From Verrucomicrobiota bacterium (GTDB lineage Bacteria > Verrucomicrobiota > Verrucomicrobiia > Limisphaerales > Palsa-1400): a stretch of 64,000 nt of DNA. Positions 48,110-57,822 of the stretch are shown here, piece by piece. Within the stretch, counting starts at the first letter, position 1. Each line of letters begins with the position of its first letter. The position numbers were made by a program, and so were the translations under genes. Below the pieces are notes generated by a model. It searched no databases. It had not been told where the DNA came from and was given only the letters and a program-made list of their open reading frames with translations. The stretch is taken from contig JBEKYR010000008.1 in assembly GCA_049510745.1 (NCBI GenBank), forward strand, positions 1 through 64,000, written 5' to 3'.

Positions 48110-50295
48110 GCCGGGATCATGTTCAGCCGCGGGTTGGAGGAGGGCGGCGCCGGGGTGTGGTTGACGCTCAACTTGCTGGGCAAATCGACCTGGACGGTGG
48201 TGCCGGCTTTCTCCTTGCTGGCGATGCTCAGGCTGCCGCCGTGAAGGTGGGCAATGTTGCGCGCGATGGCCAAACCGAGACCGAAACCGCGCTTGCCGTC
48301 GCCCGTGTTCTTGGTCGTGAAGTAGGGCGTGAAGACGCGCTGCAAATTCTCGGCATTGATGCCTTCCCCATGATCAATCACCTTGAGCCGATGCCAGTCG
48401 CGGCTCAATTCGGTTTTGGGCAGGGGGGACAGTTCCACTTCAATTTGCGCGCCGGGGGGCGAGGCGTCGATGGCGTTGGAGAGGAGGTTGCAGATGAGCC
48501 GTTTGATCAAGACGGCGTCCATCTCAATGGCCACTCCGGTTTCGCCCCGGTAAATGATCTGGGCGCCCTTTCTTTCCGCGGCGGGCTGCACCAGCGACAT
48601 GGCGTCGCGCACCGTGGCATCCAGCAGGCCGGACTTGCCGTGCAACTTGGACGAGCGGGAGAAAAAGAGGGCTTCGTTGACGTAGCTGCGGACGGTTTCC
48701 AGGTTGCGCAGGCACATCGGCAGCAACTCGTCGATCGTCTCCTGGTTCAAGCGCGATTCCCGGAACAACTGCAGCAACGTCTGCATCGGGGTGAGCAAAT
48801 TGTTCAGGTCATGCGCCAGGCCGCGGGACATGCGCCCCAGCAGGTCCTGTTCGTGGACGACCTGCAATTGCTGGCGCAGGCGGATTTGGTTCAACAACAG
48901 GCCCAGGTTCGAGGCCAATTCGGCCAGCAAACGCAGGTCATGCGGGGTAAAGAGTTCCCCGCTGGCTTTGGGCCCCAGCAACATCATCCCGATCAGATCG
49001 TCACCGACAAAAAATGGAAAACAGAACTCCGGCTCGAATGAGCGCAATTGCTGGCGGGCCGCCCGCTGCAAGAGCGATTCGCTGTCCGTCTCATAAATGA
49101 GGTTGCAGGACAAAAACTTCGCCCGGGTTTGTTGGAAATAGCGAAAGACCGGCGAGTCCACCCGCAGGTCCGGCAGCGCGCTCTCCGCCTGCTGGGGACG
49201 CGAGTGGAAGAGCTTGAACCCCCGCGTCGTGTCGTCCAGGAGGATGATTTGGTAGCTGCGCATCTTCATCGTGCTGGCCAGCAATTCCTCCAGCTCCTGC
49301 AACAGATACTGCGGTTCGGGATACGAGCGCATCGTCTGGATCAACGCCTGCACGCGGGCGTGGTATTCAAACCGGTCGCCCAGTATCTGCCGCTCCAGTT
49401 TGTCGCTCCCGCGGCCAAAGAATTGGGGAAAGAAAAGCCCCGCCAGCAGCGCGCTGGCCAGCAGCACCACCATGTCCGCCCCGAACGAAAAGGTGGTGAA
49501 CTTGTCCGGCGCCAGGCGCGACACCAGCAACAACAGCAGGAAGCCCACCAGCATCATAAAGAGCAACCGCACCATTTGCGCCGCGAACCGGCTCAGGGTG
49601 ACATGGATGTCCAAAAGCCGGTGCTGCAGCACGCTGTAACCAATGATGACCACGTAAAACACCGCCGCCAAACTGCCCAGCGGATAAAACCGGATGTGCG
49701 TGAGCGGATAGGTGTCGTGACCCAAAATCGGCATCAAATCATTGGTCCCGAACACCCACAGCCCGACAATGGCCAGCAAGAGCGCCCGCAAGCGCGTGCG
49801 CTGCATCGGCGGCACCGCTTTTTGCTTGCGATACAACAGCAGCACCAGGGACGCCGTGATGAACACGTAAGTGTAACCGAAGAGGGGGAAGACCGGTCCG
49901 GGCACCGACCAATACCCGACGTTGAGCATCCGCACGCCGATGATGAATTTGTTGAAAAACAGGCTGATCGCAAATCCGATATGGATCAGATACAACGCCG
50001 GAATGACCCACTTCAGCCGCGCCTTCGCGATGACCGCGCACAAATGAAAGAGGGTCACCGGCATGAAAATCACGCCCAACTGCAGCACCTTGGCCCAGGC
50101 AAAGGCCTCCTCCTGGCTGATGTTCTGGCTCAAATGGAACACTCCCAGGTTCCAGAGCGTCACCGAGACGCCCCAGGCCAGATAAACCCGGTGCAACGTC
50201 GAACGATAATCCCGGGACAAGACCAGAACCGTCAATACGACGTTGAAGAGCGTCGCCGCCAGCGCCGTGATTCGGATGACATCGAGCGTGTTCAT
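48106..50295 (-). CDS. Membrane histidine kinase with multi-TM (7TM-type) N-terminus and GAF domain
   Basis: About 9 hydrophobic helices; LAHDLNNLL, NAIDA, DHGEGI, YFTTK, GFGLGL. Confidence 0.92.
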   Translation of the reverse strand: MNTLDVIRITALAATLFNVVLTVLVLSRDYRSTLHRVYLAWGVSVTLWNLGVFHLSQNISQEEAFAWAKVLQLGVIFMPVTLFHLCAVIAKARLKWVIPALYLIHIGFAISLFFNKFIIGVRMLNVGYWSVPGPVFPLFGYTYVFITASLVLLLYRKQKAVPPMQRTRLRALLLAIVGLWVFGTNDLMPILGHDTYPLTHIRFYPLGSLAAVFYVVIIGYSVLQHRLLDIHVTLSRFAAQMVRLLFMMLVGFLLLLLVSRLAPDKFTTFSFGADMVVLLASALLAGLFFPQFFGRGSDKLERQILGDRFEYHARVQALIQTMRSYPEPQYLLQELEELLASTMKMRSYQIILLDDTTRGFKLFHSRPQQAESALPDLRVDSPVFRYFQQTRAKFLSCNLIYETDSESLLQRAARQQLRSFEPEFCFPFFVGDDLIGMMLLGPKASGELFTPHDLRLLAELASNLGLLLNQIRLRQQLQVVHEQDLLGRMSRGLAHDLNNLLTPMQTLLQLFRESRLNQETIDELLPMCLRNLETVRSYVNEALFFSRSSKLHGKSGLLDATVRDAMSLVQPAAERKGAQIIYRGETGVAIEMDAVLIKRLICNLLSNAIDASPPGAQIEVELSPLPKTELSRDWHRLKVIDHGEGINAENLQRVFTPYFTTKNTGDGKRGFGLGLAIARNIAHLHGGSLSIASKEKAGTTVQVDLPSKLSVNHTPAPPSSNPRLNMIPA

Positions 50296-50301
50296 CGCCT
50301 T

Positions 50302-51555
50302 TCAATACTTCTTCAACACCAGGCACGCGTAACGCCCCCCAAATCCCGCGTTGAGGTTGACCGCGACCCGCACCGGGTAGGAGCGCGCCCCGCCGGCGAC
50401 GTAGTCCAGGTCGCAGCCCGGATCGGGTTTGTGCAAATTGATCGTCGGCGGTATCTCCTGGCGCGCGATGGCCAGCGCGCAAATCATCGTTTCAATCGCC
50501 CCGGAGGCGCCCATCAAGTGGCCGGTCACCGGCTTGGTCGCGCTCACCGCCAGCCGCCGGGCGTGCTCGCGGAAGACCTTTTTGATGGCGCGCGTCTCGA
50601 TCGGATCGTTCAGCGGCGTGGCCGAGCCGTGGGCGTTGATGTAGTCCACCTCGCTTGGATGGACCCGCGCGTCGCGCAGCGCCTTCTCCAGCGCCCGCGC
50701 GTAACCGATCCCGTCCGGATGCGGGTCGGTCGCGTGATACGCTTCGCAACTGCGCCCGTGGCCGGCGACTTCCGCGTAGATGCGCGCCCCGCGCCCCAGC
50801 GCGTGCGACAACTCCTCCAACACAAAAAACGCCGCCCCTTCTCCGAGCAGAAATCCGTCCCGTGTCCGGTCGAAGGGCCGCATCGCCTGGGCCGGTTCGC
50901 AGCTTTGCTCGGTCATGGCGCGGACGCGGCAAAAGCCGACGTGCAACATCTCCATCGTTTCTTCCGAGCCGCCCGCCACCGCGACATCGACGTCGTCGCT
51001 TTGGATCATGCGGAAGGCGTAGCCGATGGCATCGTTGCCGGAGGCGCAGCCCGAACAATAGGTGACGGCGTGGCCGTGGATGCCCAGGTGCAGGCTGATG
51101 GTGCTGCTGCCTTCCCCGCAATAGCCGGCCACCACATTGTAAGGATGCAAGGCGCGGAAATTGCCGTCGTTGGCCGTGTAACTGTCGCGCGCTTTGATGA
51201 TGCTTTCGGCGCCGCTGATGGTCGTGCCCTCCACCACACCGACGCGGTCAGGCTCCACGCCCTGAATGTCCAGGCCCGAGTCCCTGACCGCGAGCGTGGC
51301 CGCCGCCACCCCGTATTGGATTGTCAGGTCAAACCGGCCGGGCTTGCGGCTGGTGATGTAATCGGAGACATCGAAATCCTTGACCTCGGCCGCGATCTTG
51401 ACCGGCAGCTTGCTGGCGTCAAACCGGCTGACCGGCCCGGCGGCGCTGATCCCGTCGCGGACGTTACGCCAGAAGGTGTCCAAGTCTTTGCCGCTTGGGG
51501 CAATGACTCCCATCCCAGTAATCACGACGCGTCGCTCGGGCAGGTCGATGTTCAT
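50302..51555 (-). CDS. fabF: Beta-ketoacyl-ACP synthase II-like ketosynthase
   Basis: RRVVITGMG, GCASG (catalytic Cys), RDGFLLGEG, NAHGSAT, KPVTGHLMGASG; may be a paralog. Confidence 0.88.
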   Translation of the reverse strand: MNIDLPERRVVITGMGVIAPSGKDLDTFWRNVRDGISAAGPVSRFDASKLPVKIAAEVKDFDVSDYITSRKPGRFDLTIQYGVAAATLAVRDSGLDIQGVEPDRVGVVEGTTISGAESIIKARDSYTANDGNFRALHPYNVVAGYCGEGSSTISLHLGIHGHAVTYCSGCASGNDAIGYAFRMIQSDDVDVAVAGGSEETMEMLHVGFCRVRAMTEQSCEPAQAMRPFDRTRDGFLLGEGAAFFVLEELSHALGRGARIYAEVAGHGRSCEAYHATDPHPDGIGYARALEKALRDARVHPSEVDYINAHGSATPLNDPIETRAIKKVFREHARRLAVSATKPVTGHLMGASGAIETMICALAIARQEIPPTINLHKPDPGCDLDYVAGGARSYPVRVAVNLNAGFGGRYACLVLKKY

Positions 51556-51846
51556 GGAATTGGAATTTGTCTCAATTGCAGCGTGTCGAAAGTTCCAAGG
51601 ATTGTCCCGGGAGGTGAAATGTCGCGGGCACGGTTTGTCTCCCCGAGATGTTGATCGCACCTTGTCTGCGCCGCCCCAATCTCCATCTCGACACCATATA
51701 CGCCCCTTTTTCGGACTATTGGCAACGTGCCAACCGGAGTCATTGACTAATATCTAATTCATTGCGGGCAAACGTTCAACAGCTAATTGAGCGCCGCCGT
51801 CTTGCATTTTTTGCGGTGCCGGCCACAATAATTGGCCTCCCCGTTT

Positions 51847-52785
51847 TTACAAGGCGAAAATCTCGTCCAATTTCCGCGAGACTTGCCCCAGGCGCGCCGC
51901 CAAATCCACCTCCTTGGGCCAGTAGGCCGGCTCGGCCGTGCCCCATCCTTTGTAACCCGTTTCGTCCAGCGCTTTCATCACCGCCGGCCAATTGTTGTCC
52001 CCTTCCAGGTACTCGACCTCGAACCCCTTCCACAACCCCTGGGCGTCCCGTTTCGCGCGGCTGAACTCCTTGATGTGCAACTTGTGAATCCGCCGCCCCA
52101 GAATTCGAATCCACTGCTCCGGCCAGCCGGAATTGATCACATTGCCCACGTCGAAATGCCAGCACAGCGCCGCGCTCCGCATCTCGTCGATATACGCCGC
52201 CGCCTCCAGCGGGCTGAGCAGGAATTGGTTCCAGACATTTTCAATCGCGATCTTCACCCCCAATTCTTCCGCCAATCCCACCGCCTTCCTCATCTCTGTC
52301 TGCGACCGGCTGTAGGCTTGATCGTAAGAAACCTGTTCATTGACAACCGCCGGCACCAGCAAAACCGAAGACGCCCCATAGACCTTGGCATCGTGCAAGG
52401 CCGTTCTCAATCCCTCCAGCCCCGCCGCGCGCGCCTCTGGATTCGGGTCCGCCAGCGTCTTTTGCCAATGCACCGAATCCACCACGCTGGCAATGGCCAG
52501 ACCGGTTTCCTCCCGCCCCTTCAAGACTTCGTCCCGGTCCATGCCGCTGTTGATTTCCACCCCCTCGAAACCCGCCCCCGCAATCAGCTTGAACCTCTCC
52601 ATCACACTCATTTGGCCGGGGATGGCCCCCCACATCATGCCCTTCTTGATCGCCCGCTTCTTGGTGCCGGCGGGCGCGCCCGATTCGGCGCGCAGCGGCA
52701 CCGCCGCCAGGGCGCCGAGCGCGCCGCCCGCCAAAGCCGACGTTTTGAGAAATTCCCGGCGAGTCGTCAAAGCAGATTTCATCAT
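51847..52785 (-). CDS. Tat-exported sugar phosphate isomerase/epimerase (TIM barrel)
   Basis: TRREFLK Tat motif; IENVWNQFL, HFDVGN, LHIKEF. Confidence 0.9.
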   Translation of the reverse strand: MMKSALTTRREFLKTSALAGGALGALAAVPLRAESGAPAGTKKRAIKKGMMWGAIPGQMSVMERFKLIAGAGFEGVEINSGMDRDEVLKGREETGLAIASVVDSVHWQKTLADPNPEARAAGLEGLRTALHDAKVYGASSVLLVPAVVNEQVSYDQAYSRSQTEMRKAVGLAEELGVKIAIENVWNQFLLSPLEAAAYIDEMRSAALCWHFDVGNVINSGWPEQWIRILGRRIHKLHIKEFSRAKRDAQGLWKGFEVEYLEGDNNWPAVMKALDETGYKGWGTAEPAYWPKEVDLAARLGQVSRKLDEIFAL

Positions 52786-52811
52786 AAGCGGCAGCAAATA
52801 CTTCTATTCTT

Positions 52812-54110
52812 TTAAACAAACTTCGTTTCGCCCGGCCTGGCCAGCGGCGGCACCGGGATGGGGGTGTCCCAGGCGATTTTCGCGGGCACCAGGCTTTCCT
52901 GCGAGTTCAAGGCCATTTCCCAGGTGATCTCCTGGCCGGTGTAAGCCGCCATGCGTCCCATGATGGCCGCCAGCGTGCTGTGCGCCATCCGCACCCCGTC
53001 GTTGATCGGCTGGCCGGCCCGGATCGACGCGAACATCTCGTTGTGTTCAATCTGATACATGTTCGGACGCGGGCCTTGATAGCGCCATTTGTTGTCGCCC
53101 TTGATAAACGGCATCCCGGCGAACGCCAGTTCCCGCCCCTCGCCCTTGGTCCCAAAAATGGTCGCGCTGTTGTCGTTGGCGCACCCGGCTTGCTGGCGGC
53201 TGCCCAAAAAACCGCGCGCCCCGTTCTCATATTCATAGTTGACTTCAAAATGGTCAAAGATGTTGCCGCCCTCCGCCGGGATTTGCCGCCCGCCCACCGC
53301 CACCGCTTTGAGCGGCGGGACATCCTTCATCGCCCAGCACATCCAGTCCACCGCATGAACGGCCTGCTCCACCAGGCCGTCCCCGCACAGCCAGCCAAAG
53401 TTATACCAGTGCCGCAACTGCCATTCCAGGTCGCCCATCCCCGCCGGGCGTTCGCTGGCGGGCGGCATGGGCCGGATCGAACCCGTGTAATAAGTCCCAT
53501 AAACCACCCGCACCTCGCCGATGTCCCCGCCGTGAATCCGTTCGAAGAGCGCCCGCTCCGCCAAGTTGTAGCGCCAGCAAAAGCCCGCCACCAGGGCCAG
53601 CTTCTTCTGTCTGGCCTGCTCGGCCGATTCCAGCACCGAACGCACTCCCGGCGCGTCCATGGCCATCGGCTTCTCGCAAAAAACATGTTTGCCCGCCGCG
53701 ACCGCCGCTTTCAGGTGCGCGGGCCGGAATCCCGGCGGCGTCGCCAGCAGCACCACGTCCACCCCGCTGTCAATCACTTTCTGATAGGCGTCCAGCCCGA
53801 CAAAACAATGGTCGGGATCGGCCTTGACCTTGTCGGGCGCTTCGTGTTGCAGGGCCTCCAGGCTGGCCTTCAATTTCTCCTCGAAAACGTCCCCCAATGC
53901 AGTCAATACTACATTGCCGTCCGCCTTCAGCGCCTCTCCGGCGGCCCCGGTGCCGCGCCCGCCGCAGCCGACCAGGCCGATCTTGAGGGTGGGAACCTCC
54001 TCCGCGGCGGAGGCGCGCCGGGGCAGGAGGGCCGGCGCCATGAGCGCGCCGCCGGCCAGGGCCGATGTTTTCAGAAATTGCCGGCGCGTCGTCGAAGCAG
54101 TGTTCATCAT
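52812..54110 (-). CDS. Tat-exported Gfo/Idh/MocA oxidoreductase
   Basis: TRRQFLK; GLVGCGGRG; GKHVFCEKP; EQAVH. Confidence 0.93.
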   Translation of the reverse strand: MMNTASTTRRQFLKTSALAGGALMAPALLPRRASAAEEVPTLKIGLVGCGGRGTGAAGEALKADGNVVLTALGDVFEEKLKASLEALQHEAPDKVKADPDHCFVGLDAYQKVIDSGVDVVLLATPPGFRPAHLKAAVAAGKHVFCEKPMAMDAPGVRSVLESAEQARQKKLALVAGFCWRYNLAERALFERIHGGDIGEVRVVYGTYYTGSIRPMPPASERPAGMGDLEWQLRHWYNFGWLCGDGLVEQAVHAVDWMCWAMKDVPPLKAVAVGGRQIPAEGGNIFDHFEVNYEYENGARGFLGSRQQAGCANDNSATIFGTKGEGRELAFAGMPFIKGDNKWRYQGPRPNMYQIEHNEMFASIRAGQPINDGVRMAHSTLAAIMGRMAAYTGQEITWEMALNSQESLVPAKIAWDTPIPVPPLARPGETKFV

Positions 54111-54170
54111 AACTCAAGGAAATAGCCTTTTGCGTCGGGAAGCAATGCGCACTTTTCAGGAACGGCTCCC

Positions 54171-54262
54171 AATCTTAATCGTAATCTTAATCCTCATCCT
54201 AATCCCCCGTCTTGGCCTCGGAGAAAAGGATTAAGATTACGAGCAGGATTAAGATTACGAGC
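54171..54262. repeat. Hexamer-based inverted repeat
   Basis: TCGTAATCTTAATCCT (54179-54194) is inverted to AGGATTAAGATTACGA, which occurs twice as an 18-bp tandem repeat (54227-54262). Confidence 0.85.
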
Positions 54263-54376
54263 CGGAAACCGCTGCCCAAAAAAAACGCGCCCCCGAGGCC
54301 GCGCGGCCCTCCCGTCAATCGCAAATCGCAAATCGGACGTTGAATCGCCGCCGGACGCCGCCTAACATCGCCCGCC

Positions 54377-55492
54377 ATGACGCTGGATATCGCCTGGGCG
54401 CAAGCCGCCAACTTGTCGGAAGTCCCGTCTCCGGCTCTGTTGCTGGGCCTGGAACCGATCCAGCGGAATCTCCGCGCCATGATCCGGGTCGCTGGCGACC
54501 CGGCCCGGCTGCGGCCTCACGTCAAAACCCATAAAATGGGATGGCTGGTGGCGCGCCAGATGGCCCTGGGCATCACGCGCTTCAAGTGCGCCACCATTGC
54601 CGAAGCCGAGATGTGCGCCCTGGCCGGCGCGCCGGATGTTCTGCTCGCTTTTCAGCCCGTCGGCCCCAATGTCCGCCGCCTTCTGGCGTTGCGCGACACG
54701 TTTTCCGGGACGAAGTTCTCGACCATCGTGGACGATGCGGGGGCGCTGCGGGCGCTGTCCCGCGCCGCGGCGGCGGCGGGCGGGCGGCTGGAAGTTTTGG
54801 TTGACATGGATGTTGGACAGCACCGCACCGGCATTGCGCCCGGCCCCGGGGCCGTGGCTCTTTACCGGGAACTGGCCGGCGCGCCCGGCTTAATCGCGGG
54901 CGGCCTTCATGCCTACGACGGCCATTTGAGCCAAAGCGACCCAGCCGCGCGGGCGGCCGCTTGCGAAGAGGCCTTTGCGCCCGTGCGGTCCCTGCGCCAG
55001 GAATTGCTGGCCCTGGGGCTGGCGGTGGCGCGCGTCGTGGCGGGCGGAAGCCCGACCTTTCCCATGCATGCCGCGCGCCGGGATGTCGAGTGCAGCCCCG
55101 GCACCACCGTGTTTTGGGACGCTTCCTACGCCGGCAAACTGCCCGACCTGGATTTTCAAACCGCTGCCGTATTATTGACACGAGTGGTCAGCAAGCCGGG
55201 CCCGGAACGGCTCTGCCTCGATCTCGGCCACAAGGCGGTCGCTTCGGAAATGCCGCCGCCGCGCGTTGTTTTTCCGAGTCTGCCGGACGCCCGGTTCGTC
55301 ACCCACAGCGAAGAGCATCTGGTGCTGGAAAGCGCCGCCGCGCCGGGGTTCGCCCTCGGCGCCGAATTGCTCGGCGTGCCGTGGCACGTCTGTCCGACCG
55401 TGGCCCTGCACGCCCAGGCCACGCTGCTGGAGCGCGGCCTGGTGGCCGGCTCATGCCCGATTGAGGCCCGCGCCCGGATGATCACCCTATGA
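54377..55492 (+). CDS. D-threonine aldolase / DSD1 family PLP enzyme
   Basis: RPHVKTHK, HRTGI, HAYDGH, DLGHKA, SEEHL, HVCPTV. Confidence 0.92.
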   Translation: MTLDIAWAQAANLSEVPSPALLLGLEPIQRNLRAMIRVAGDPARLRPHVKTHKMGWLVARQMALGITRFKCATIAEAEMCALAGAPDVLLAFQPVGPNVRRLLALRDTFSGTKFSTIVDDAGALRALSRAAAAAGGRLEVLVDMDVGQHRTGIAPGPGAVALYRELAGAPGLIAGGLHAYDGHLSQSDPAARAAACEEAFAPVRSLRQELLALGLAVARVVAGGSPTFPMHAARRDVECSPGTTVFWDASYAGKLPDLDFQTAAVLLTRVVSKPGPERLCLDLGHKAVASEMPPPRVVFPSLPDARFVTHSEEHLVLESAAAPGFALGAELLGVPWHVCPTVALHAQATLLERGLVAGSCPIEARARMITL

Positions 55493-56823
55493 CAGCCTCA
55501 GATTGGTTCCTCATCGCGGTCGCGCTGGCGGGGATTGGCGTTTTGGTGGCGCTGGTGACGGCGGCCCGCCTGAACGCGTTCCTGGCGTTGCTGGCCGCGG
55601 CCCTGCTCGTCGGGGCGGGCGCGGGCAAACCGATGCTGGAGATGGCGAAGGCTTTTCAGGACGGGCTGGGTTCGACCCTGGGCGGCGTTGCCGCCGTGAT
55701 CGGGCTTGGAACCATGCTGGGCAAACTGCTGGCCGAATCGCGCGGGGCGGAAGTGCTGGCCAAAGGATTCGTCGCCTTCTTTGGTCCGCGCCGCGTTGGC
55801 TGGTGTATCATGGCGCTGGCCGTGGTGGTTGGGTTGACCACTTGGTTCGCGGTAGGCTTGATTCTTCTCACGCCCATTCTCAACACCCTCACGCGCGAAA
55901 CCAACCGCCCTTTTCTGCAACTGGCGCTGCCGCTTTTGGCTTTCCTTTCCGTCATGCACGGGCTGATGCCGCCTCATCCCGGCCCCGTCGTGGCCATCAA
56001 CGTCCTCCACGCCAACCTCGGCATGGTGCTGGTCTGGGGCTTCGTCGTCGGCATTCCAACGGCAGCCGTCGCCGGCCCGCTCTTTGCCCGCCTGGCTTGC
56101 CGGCGGCTCAATATCACCTGCGCGGCGGCCGAACCCAGTCCGCTGCATCCCGGCGCGCGCTGGCCCGGATTTGGGCTGACGCTTTTCTCGATGGTGTTGC
56201 CGGTGGGACTGATGCTCGTGGCCACCGTGGCCGACCTGACGCTCGCCAAGGGCGGGGGGCGGGAGGTCGCTGACTTTGTGGGGAATCCTACGGTGGCTCT
56301 GTTCATTGCGGTTCTCTTTGCGCATTGGTCGCTCGGCATCAACTGCGGCCTCGCTCCGCTGCAATTGTTGAAATTCTCCGAGTCCGCCATCGCCGGCGTC
56401 GGCATGACCATTCTCATTGTCGGCGGCGGCGGCGGCTTCGCGCGCGTCTTGCAGGCCGCCGGGGTGGCCGACGCCTTGGGCGCGATGGCCGGCGCCGCCC
56501 ATCTCTCGCCGTTGCTTTACGGCTGGATGGTGTCCGCTTTCATTCGTGTCGCCACCGGGTCCGCCACCGTCGCGATCACCGCCGCTTCGGCCCTCCTGGC
56601 GCCCGTGCTGGCCCGCAATCCGGGCACCAATGTCGAGTTGGCCGTCATGGCCATCGGCTGCGGGTCGCTTTTCCTCTCCCACCTGAACGACGGCGGTTTT
56701 TGGATTGTCAAAGACTGCCTCAACCTGACCGTCGCGCAAACCTGGCGCACCTGGACCTTGTGCGAAACCATCGTCGGCCTGGTCGGGCTGATGCTGACGC
56801 TGCTGGCGGCCGCGCTGCTATGA
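55489..56823 (+). CDS. GntP family permease
   Basis: PPHPGP, RVATGSATVA, SHLNDGGFW. Confidence 0.93.
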   Translation: MTASDWFLIAVALAGIGVLVALVTAARLNAFLALLAAALLVGAGAGKPMLEMAKAFQDGLGSTLGGVAAVIGLGTMLGKLLAESRGAEVLAKGFVAFFGPRRVGWCIMALAVVVGLTTWFAVGLILLTPILNTLTRETNRPFLQLALPLLAFLSVMHGLMPPHPGPVVAINVLHANLGMVLVWGFVVGIPTAAVAGPLFARLACRRLNITCAAAEPSPLHPGARWPGFGLTLFSMVLPVGLMLVATVADLTLAKGGGREVADFVGNPTVALFIAVLFAHWSLGINCGLAPLQLLKFSESAIAGVGMTILIVGGGGGFARVLQAAGVADALGAMAGAAHLSPLLYGWMVSAFIRVATGSATVAITAASALLAPVLARNPGTNVELAVMAIGCGSLFLSHLNDGGFWIVKDCLNLTVAQTWRTWTLCETIVGLVGLMLTLLAAALL

Positions 56824-56839
56824 CCGCAAAAGAAGCGGA

Positions 56840-56868
56840 TTGACACGCCTGCCTTTGCAGCGCAAAGT
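56840..56868 (+). promoter_or_regulatory. Promoter with overlapping palindromic operator
   Basis: TTGACA-17 nt-CAAAGT; palindrome CTTTGC-AGC-GCAAAG at 56853-56867; ATG 6 nt after the -10. Confidence 0.6.
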
Positions 56869-56874
56869 CAACCC

Positions 56875-57501
56875 ATGCAAACGGATTGGGCGGCGGAAAA
56901 TTTGCGGGTCATTCGCACCTTGATGGAGCGCGGCGCGGTTTACCGCCGCGCGCTCGCCCCGCTGGTGGGGGCGGTCGGGCTGGCCGGGGTCGCCGCCGCG
57001 GTCCTGGCGCCCTTCTTGGGGATGCAGTCCGCGCGCGCCTTTGCCGGTTATTGGATGGCGGTGGGGGCGATTTGCCTGGCGGGGGCTTTTTTGCTGATTC
57101 GACGCCAGGCCCTCAAAGACAGCGAACCGTTTTGGTCGCCGCCCACCCGCCGCGCGGCGCAGGCGATGTCGCCCGCGTTTTTCGCGGGGTTTGTGGCGGG
57201 ATTGATTTTTTTGGGCGAGGGACCGCCCGGCCCGCTGGCCGTCTGGCTGTTGGTGCCGGGCTGGATGGTGCTCTACGGCTGCGGCCTGCACGCCGCCGGG
57301 TTCTTCATGCCGCGCGGCTTCAAGCTCTTTGGCTGGGGCTTCATCGTGGGCGGCTGTCTGCTGGGGGCCGCCGTGCTCGGCCTCGGGCCGGCGCCCCCCG
57401 TTTCCGGGGCGCACTGGGCCATGGGCGCGCTTTTCGGCGGACCGCATCTGGCCTACGGCATCTACCTCTATTTCACCGAGCAGCGCGGGAATGCGACGTG
57501 A
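56875..57501 (+). CDS. Integral membrane protein
   Basis: AAENLRVIRTLMER N-terminus followed by ~6 TM helices; coupled to the wHTH gene. Confidence 0.8.
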   Translation: MQTDWAAENLRVIRTLMERGAVYRRALAPLVGAVGLAGVAAAVLAPFLGMQSARAFAGYWMAVGAICLAGAFLLIRRQALKDSEPFWSPPTRRAAQAMSPAFFAGFVAGLIFLGEGPPGPLAVWLLVPGWMVLYGCGLHAAGFFMPRGFKLFGWGFIVGGCLLGAAVLGLGPAPPVSGAHWAMGALFGGPHLAYGIYLYFTEQRGNAT

Positions 57502-57809
57502 ACCCAAAACCGTTCCTCCAGCTCGACCGCGTCATTCACGAGAAAGGCCGGCTGCCGATCATGTCGTTGCTGGCGGCCACGACCGGGATGTCCTTCACCG
57601 AATTGCGCGACGCCCTCCAAATGACTGACGGCAATTTGAGCATGCACATTAAAACCTTACAGGAGGCGGGCTTTGTCTCCGTGACCAAGTCCTTCCACAA
57701 ACAACGGCCCCTGACCACCTGCGCCCTGACGCCGGCCGGGCGCCGCGCCTTTGGCCATTACATTGATTTGCTCGAGCAAATCGTGCGGCAGGCGAAGGCC
57801 GCGCAATAA
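57498..57809 (+). CDS. Winged-helix transcriptional regulator (HTH_34/ArsR-like)
   Basis: LDRVIHEKGRLPIMSLL...TDGNLSMHIKTL...LTPAGRRAF; GTG overlaps upstream TGA. Confidence 0.9.
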   Translation: MNPKPFLQLDRVIHEKGRLPIMSLLAATTGMSFTELRDALQMTDGNLSMHIKTLQEAGFVSVTKSFHKQRPLTTCALTPAGRRAFGHYIDLLEQIVRQAKAAQ

Positions 57810-57822
57810 TTCTCATCAAAAA

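Noticed and set aside
49048..51654. 868-aa plus-strand ORF, and similar long antisense ORFs (18426-20204, 28126-30057, 34462-36783, 59227-61203)
   Set aside because: They lie opposite well-supported genes and have no recognisable motifs; this is expected in high-GC DNA.
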